From positions 20,522,001 through 20,586,000 of the forward strand of contig CM022665.1 in assembly GCA_012295275.1 (NCBI GenBank): a stretch of DNA of 64,000 nucleotides. The letters are read 5' to 3'. The stretch is from Chrysomallon squamiferum (Eukaryota; Animalia; Mollusca). The notes under the pieces were generated by a model. The model saw nothing but the letters and a program-made list of their open reading frames with translations. It was not told the origin of the DNA and made no database searches. This document shows positions 58,304-64,000 of this stretch, piece after piece. The position numbers and the translations under genes are program-made. How positions within the stretch are numbered: the stretch's first letter is position 1; each line of letters opens with the position of its first letter.

Positions 58304-60468
58304 GGTTAAACGAATTCTCAATGTGCACAACTTATCAGTTATTTCCTTTGAATTATTTCCCAAACTGGATCCCTTTTCCAAAATATCTGATCGTACACAC
58401 CGGGCAGGGGAAAAGGGATATTAAATTATTCATTTTACAGATGTTTTCAGCTTCATTTGATACAACCCTCATCTGCATAGTTTGTGTGGTTTGTGTAGCT
58501 AAATATCAGTTACAGTGAAAACTTGATTAATTTTTCCCAAGTCAAATGTAGTTCAGTAAAGAACTTAAAAAACATCTGGACATAAATTAAAAATAGAAAA
58601 CATATACGACTTGTATGTTATTTTCCACTTATGGCTGGAAAATCAGTAACTTAGCAGTAAATCCTGATTCAGTGTTTACAATCACATTTCGATTCATACA
58701 GCACATATCAACATTATGTAATTAGTTCGCAGAATGGGGTATTGATTTACCCTTTTGATTATCAAAATCCACATCGACCAATAATTCTAACTATAATACT
58801 GGCGATCTGCTTCGTGTTCCTTTTTTTTTTTTTTTTTTTTTTTAAATGTTGCTGTATTTCAATGTTAATGCTATGGCCATTTTGTTCATCAAAATAATAA
58901 TAATTTTAACACACACACACACACAAGCATACAGTGTGATCATATTTTTATTGTATGGCTGCCTGATGTAACTAAATTACTTGACGATTTAAATTCTAGT
59001 TTCTGCTGATCTTTTGTAAAAAAAATTTTAGTCTGTGTAAATGAATGGTTAAAGTTTAAACTGTCAAATATATTACTTCTTAATTTCTGAGATTAAATAA
59101 ATATCAAAATGGAATAAAATATATAAAGAAACAATGAAATAATAATGATAGTAAAAGTAATAATCATAATATTAACAATAATAGCAGTAATAATAACAAC
59201 AGTGATAATCATAATAGCAATAGTAATAATAGTAGTAGCAGTAGAAACAGCAGCAACATAATTTTTACATAAATTATTTTTCTTACCAAGTACAAATTTA
59301 CTTTTGTCTTAATTTAACAGAGTACTTTAGAGAGATTACATTAAAAAAAGAATAAAGAAAAAAAAAAAAGAGAGAAAAAAAGAGAGAATTAAAACTATCT
59401 AAAAATGAAAAATAAAATATTTATTTCTTGATATTGTAACAAAAGTGTCAGAAACATAACAATATTTAATATACAAATAATAAATATTTAAAAAGAATCA
59501 TACATTTGTGCAGTAATATGTAAATATTTTCCCACAATCCTTGTAAAATACCAAATAACCAATAATGAAAAATTAAAAAATGTAATAATTAAATCATTCT
59601 GGAATACAAAAATAATTAGGTGATGGTAATATACCATAAAAGTATGTTAATTGTTAGCCCAGTAAATCTGACTAAAATGTTTAATATCAGATTTTATCAG
59701 TTTAAAATACTAAAAGAAAAAAATATTTTATCAGGTTTACTGATAAAAAACATCTATGCATAAAATATTCTATCTTCTATTTCATGTTCCTGGTGTCATA
59801 AATACTAAATGAAGAAAAATGTAAACAAAATAGCTACATTTAACCACAAATAACTATTTCAAAATACAACTTTTAATTTGTTCCTTTTCTCAATGGCACC
59901 TGGGCCCAACTCCTTGATTGTATGCCCCAAAGACTCAAGTATAAGGCCTGGTACTGAGAAATATTATGAGAAAGGAAGATATTTTGAACATATAAACACA
60001 GATGAAACATAAAATAAACACTTTATTCGATTTAAATATAAATCAGCAAATTTATTTAGTTATTTTCTCTGATTGGATGCAACCCCCTTTGCATGCCACC
60101 ACCTTTTCTGACAGAGAAACTGTGACTTTAAAACACTTTGATATTTATTTATAGCAAATGTGTGAAAACTATGCATCTGCATTTGTATAATTTTTGTTTC
60201 AACAGGTTCAAATGATCTATGAAAAACAGCATACTCCCAACACACCTTTCATTAAAAAATATAAACATACATTCAAAAACCATATTTACAATATACTATA
60301 AATATGAAGAAAAAAAATTGTCGAATTATCCACACTCTTACACAAATTAAAACCAAATATTTTCTGAGCTTTCTTTCTTCAGATGAAAGTGTTGTGCTAA
60401 ATCTTCCTAGATGCAAGCAATTTGATAATTTGTAATTTAATTTAAATAAAATATCACAGAAACCAGTG

Positions 60469-62955
60469 CTATCTCATGTTCAGATCATCTGCAGTTTCTT
60501 CCAGTTTATGTTGTTTTAGTTTGTTCACTGTGTTTTCGTAAGCACTGAAAAATAAATAACAAAACATGATTAAAAACAAATATTTCCACATATATGAAAA
60601 ATCATTACAGGTTTCAGATTTTAAGGTGATAGCTTGAGAATATGGATCTAAATCTAAATAAGAATTCCATATATATTTCATATACAGCTAATACAATAAA
60701 TATCTAAGATGTTTTAAATACTTTTATGCACAAAATAAATATTTTGTATCCTAAATAATTAAAAAACTGTAAGATATCACCATTTCTGCTACTCAGAAAG
60801 CAAATTTGGATTTCAGAATTTTGGGTAAGGGATCATCTCAACAAATAAGATTATTAGAATAAAATACGCTGTGATTCCTCAGTATTATATACAAATCCAT
60901 GAATATTAACTACTAGCAAAAATAGGTTTATGAAAATAAATATAAAACAAGCTTCTAAATATATTTCTTCAACAAATAAAAAAAAAAATAAATAAATAAA
61001 TAAAAAAAAAAATAAAAAAAAAAAAAAAAAAAAAAAAAACACTATTAAGTTTTAAACAAATGCACAATAGTACTAAATATTTAGAAAAAAAAAAAAAATA
61101 TTTTATTTTTAATCTTTATACATTCATCAAAGAGATATTAGATTATTACCATTTCATCTATCATGACAACACATACCTTCCTTTTCTGATAATTCTGAAC
61201 CTTCCTGGAACTGAGAGATCAACAACAGTAGAACCAAGTCTTTGTTTTTCAGATTTTGGCAGCATGCCACCATCAAAAATCAAATCTAACTTTGGCCACA
61301 GATCTTGAAATTCCTGAAACAAGGGAGATAACAATGCATATAAAATGAAATATATACAAACAACTTGATGTTGTAAAATGTTATACATATGTTACTCATG
61401 GAAAACACTGACTTGATGTAATATGTTACTTGCATATGACATACCTGACTGATGTAATGTATTTAAAAAAAGCAGTGATGTAATATTTACCTTTATGTGA
61501 CACACTATTAATATTTTAATATTTACCTTTATATGGCATGCAAGTAATACCTGTAATATTTATCTGTATGTGACATACAAGTAATATTTACCTTTATGTG
61601 ACATTTAACTATGATATAAACATTATAAGTAATATTGTAATATTTACCTGTACTGATAATGTACTGGGAGTGTTACTCATGTTTGCACTTGTCAAAACAA
61701 GAGGTTCACCGCAGGACAAGGCACAAGCACGCACAAACGTGTGATCAGGAATGCGGATACCAACTAGACCAACATCTGGGTTCAGATCTGGATTTAGCTC
61801 CTCACTTCTTTTCATTACCACAGTAACTGGTCCAGGCAGCAAATCTAATAACAGACTCCTTGATACCGTTACCTGACTCCATCTAAAAACAGAAAATATT
61901 CTTAATTTGCTTAAAAATGCCTTTAGAGGATTGTAATTAATTTTCTACCAGTGGTTATAGTGAATGTTAAATGGTTATTTTGACATATTTATCACAAAAG
62001 CTTTGTTATGTTTTCATTATTATTATTATTATTCTAAATTAGCACTAAAAATATGGGATTTTTTAAATGCAATGTTACACACCTGATTACTGAGGCTGCT
62101 GAAGGAATGCAAATATGGAAAACATTAATAGATGGAAGGCAAGCACATATCAACATATAGACAGTCACATGCAGATAATCACCTGTACACATCCTGAATG
62201 CGTCCCACACAAACAGCAATCGGCTTGGACAAATCTCGACTTTTTATGTCATATATGCGATTGATAGCATCCTTGCTCTGAGCAAGACCAGCAATACCAT
62301 AGATAGTGTCTGTCGGCACAGCAATCACATTACCTCCCTTTAAACTATTCACTGCTTCAGCCAGTTTAGAAACAAAACCTGAAACATTATCATTTGAAAA
62401 TAAGAACACAGAGAATGAATTAGGCTGTAAATAAAACTAAAATTAAACTTTAAAGCATATAAATAATTATACAAATTTTAAATTAAAATAATAATTAATT
62501 TATCATCTATAAAACATTTATGTTTGAATGAGTGTTATGAATATGATTACAGGAGTGCATAAGACGTGACAACCTTATAGTTATAAACAATAAGTTCAAA
62601 CGTTGTAGAAGATTATCAAGATAAAGAAAAAAAACAACAAATGATTGATTGATATCTCGTATTTATAAAAAAAATAAAAATAAAAATAAAAATAAATCAA
62701 ATAGGCAGCATTTTATATCAGTTTTACATCATTTAATTACTCTATATACTCTCAAATATAATTCTTATTTTTAAAACATACAAGAAAATTGTTACAACAA
62801 TTACCATTACTTTCCTGCCCATTCACTTCGCCGCATTCTTGATGAAGTGGGATTATTTTACCGCGACTCATCTTGGCGGCGACAGAAAATGTATATGAAT
62901 ATTTTGAAGTGAATGCAAACGTACTAAGATGTTTATAAGCTGCATTCCAATTCAT
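60469..62955 (-). CDS. YRDC: YrdC/Sua5-family threonylcarbamoyl-AMP synthase (t6A37 pathway); 264 aa from ATG 62955 or 236 aa from ATG 62871
   Basis: Exons: 62955(or 62871)-62805, 62378-62183, 61882-61648, 61313-61177, 60544-60469 (TAG). GT-AG, phase-consistent. Hallmark motifs VIAVPTDTIYG, IYDIKSR..KPIA, LLPGPVT, VGIRIPDH, PLVLTSAN, GSTVVDLS..IIRKG. Confidence 0.95.
60605..60845 (+). mobile_element. Second, more degraded MER2-like copy in the last YRDC intron
   Basis: Shares TCTAAA..AATTCCATATATATTTCATATACA and TTTTATGCACAAAATAAA with 55792-56069 and ends in TTTGGATTTCAGAATTTTGGGTAAGGGATCATCTCAAC, similar to the MER2 right end as recalled. Confidence 0.5.
61400..61650 (-). repeat. Degenerate tandem repeat containing copies of the YRDC exon-3 donor
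   Basis: Plus-strand TAATATTTACCT recurs at ~61481, 61517, 61582 and 61638 (real donor CAG|GTAAATATTA), with a variant at ~61555. Confidence 0.75.
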
Positions 62956-63370
62956 CGAGTTCAGTATTTCAGTTTTCACATATCACTGACATAAGTTACA
63001 ATTTCTTCACGTTGCATCAGTGGCCGCAGACATCTTGAATCCAAAACGAGTTTTTTCTAAACATTATAAAATATGTATTATAAACTGAAAACGTTCTTTT
63101 ATATTAATTCCTTCTCTGACATTATATTCTTTTAATTCAAATTATCATTGCTAAGTTGAATGTATTAAATTTTGAAATTAGTTTAATAAAAAGATGTAGT
63201 TTGTAATTTTATAGGTTTTTTTTTTTTTTTTTTTTTAGGTTTTTTTTTTATTATTATTATTATTCTTAATCCGCTATATAATTGAGTTAATATTTTGTTA
63301 AACTTCCAAAAGTTAATGTGAAGGCTATCGTCTGTTTTTAAGACGGATAAAACGTTTAGAAGCAGACGAA
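62956..63370. promoter_or_regulatory. Putative bidirectional promoter and 5' UTR region shared by YRDC and CDK5RAP1
   Basis: About 415 bp between divergent ATGs, with a CpG-containing patch (GGCCGCAGACATCTTG, ~63022-63037). A probable acceptor tttttaag ending at 63342 suggests a 5' UTR intron in CDK5RAP1. Confidence 0.6.
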
Positions 63371-63779
63371 ATGAGCACGTTTAAACTACTTTCGCAATCC
63401 ACTGTAAGATCGTTATCATGGTGTCAACTTCAGCGATGTAAATTCTTTAAAAAATACTATAGTACTTGCATTAGACGCAGATTAAATAATGAATTATTTC
63501 ATAAAAATGATTGTTATTCTAAAGACAGACCGGGTCTTGTTAAATGGTTGAATAAAGAAAATGCTTGCACAAATAAACACTTTTCAACAGAAGCAGCACA
63601 AGAAGCAACAGAAACAGAAGCCCTGAATAAAATTAAAAAGAAAGACGTTTTGAAAGGCCCAACATTAGAACATTTTATTGCGAACAGCAGATTAACTAGC
63701 AATAATGTAGTTCAAAACAAAGATGAAAATGAGGTCCCATATTTACCTGCTGAATCATTTGACGGAAACGGGAGAAAAG
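63371..63779 (+). CDS. CDK5RAP1: First coding exon of mitochondrial tRNA methylthiotransferase CDK5RAP1 (MiaB homolog); gene continues beyond the window
   Basis: ATG 63371, donor AAAG|gtgttt after 63779 (phase 1). Basic, Ser/Leu-rich N-terminus resembling a mitochondrial presequence, then GPTLEHFIAN ... VPYL..ESFDGNGRK, matching my recollection of the CDK5RAP1 segment (GPTFQHFL...PPYL...GRQRKVY) preceding the ETYGCQMN motif. The catalytic motif itself is outside the window. Confidence 0.75.
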
Positions 63780-64000
63780 GTGTTTTTATTTCCTCACTGT
63801 AACAATACTGTATTAAACTATTGAATGTTATACTGTTAAACAGTAATACAATTTTTTTTTCTTTCAAAAGTTTTTTTATTATTACTATTTTTCTAATGCA
63901 TAATAATTTCAATTTTAATAAATGTCATTGTTTCATCTTCAAATAGTTTATTTTAGTTATTTAATTATTCTTAAGTAGTATTAGCATTTACATATTTTTA

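Noticed and set aside
63371-63779. CDKAL1 (ms2t6A methylthiotransferase), which would act on the YRDC pathway product
   Set aside because: The N-terminus is presequence-like with GPT..HF and PYL motifs typical of CDK5RAP1, not the acidic DIED start I recall for CDKAL1.

Overview
AT-rich, microsatellite-laden, intron-containing animal DNA. It looks like an invertebrate, plausibly a mollusc or other lophotrochozoan, but the organism cannot be fixed from the sequence. I reconstructed five spliced genes by hand, all with phase-consistent GT-AG junctions: a CIN85/CD2AP (SH3KBP1)-family adaptor (+, 14 exons, 878-15502), NUP37 (-, 7 exons, 28398-23783), a HUNK-like AMPK-related kinase (+, 9 coding exons, 38408-53665), YRDC (-, 5 exons, 62955-60469) and the first coding exon of CDK5RAP1 (+, 63371-63779; continues past the window). 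Most ORFs in the supplied track are microsatellite artefacts. Most notable: (1) recurring local tandem duplications that copy the splice junction itself, creating decoy donors or acceptors in four genes; (2) two tRNA A37-modifying enzymes, YRDC and CDK5RAP1, head-to-head about 415 bp apart; (3) two in-frame YRDC AUGs suggesting mitochondrial and cytosolic isoforms; (4) two elements resembling the mammalian MER2 (Tigger) transposon, and a hAT MITE with a perfect 8-bp target-site duplication; (5) a visible CpG-poor/CpG-rich mosaic. Gene names rest on motifs recalled from memory; no database search was run.
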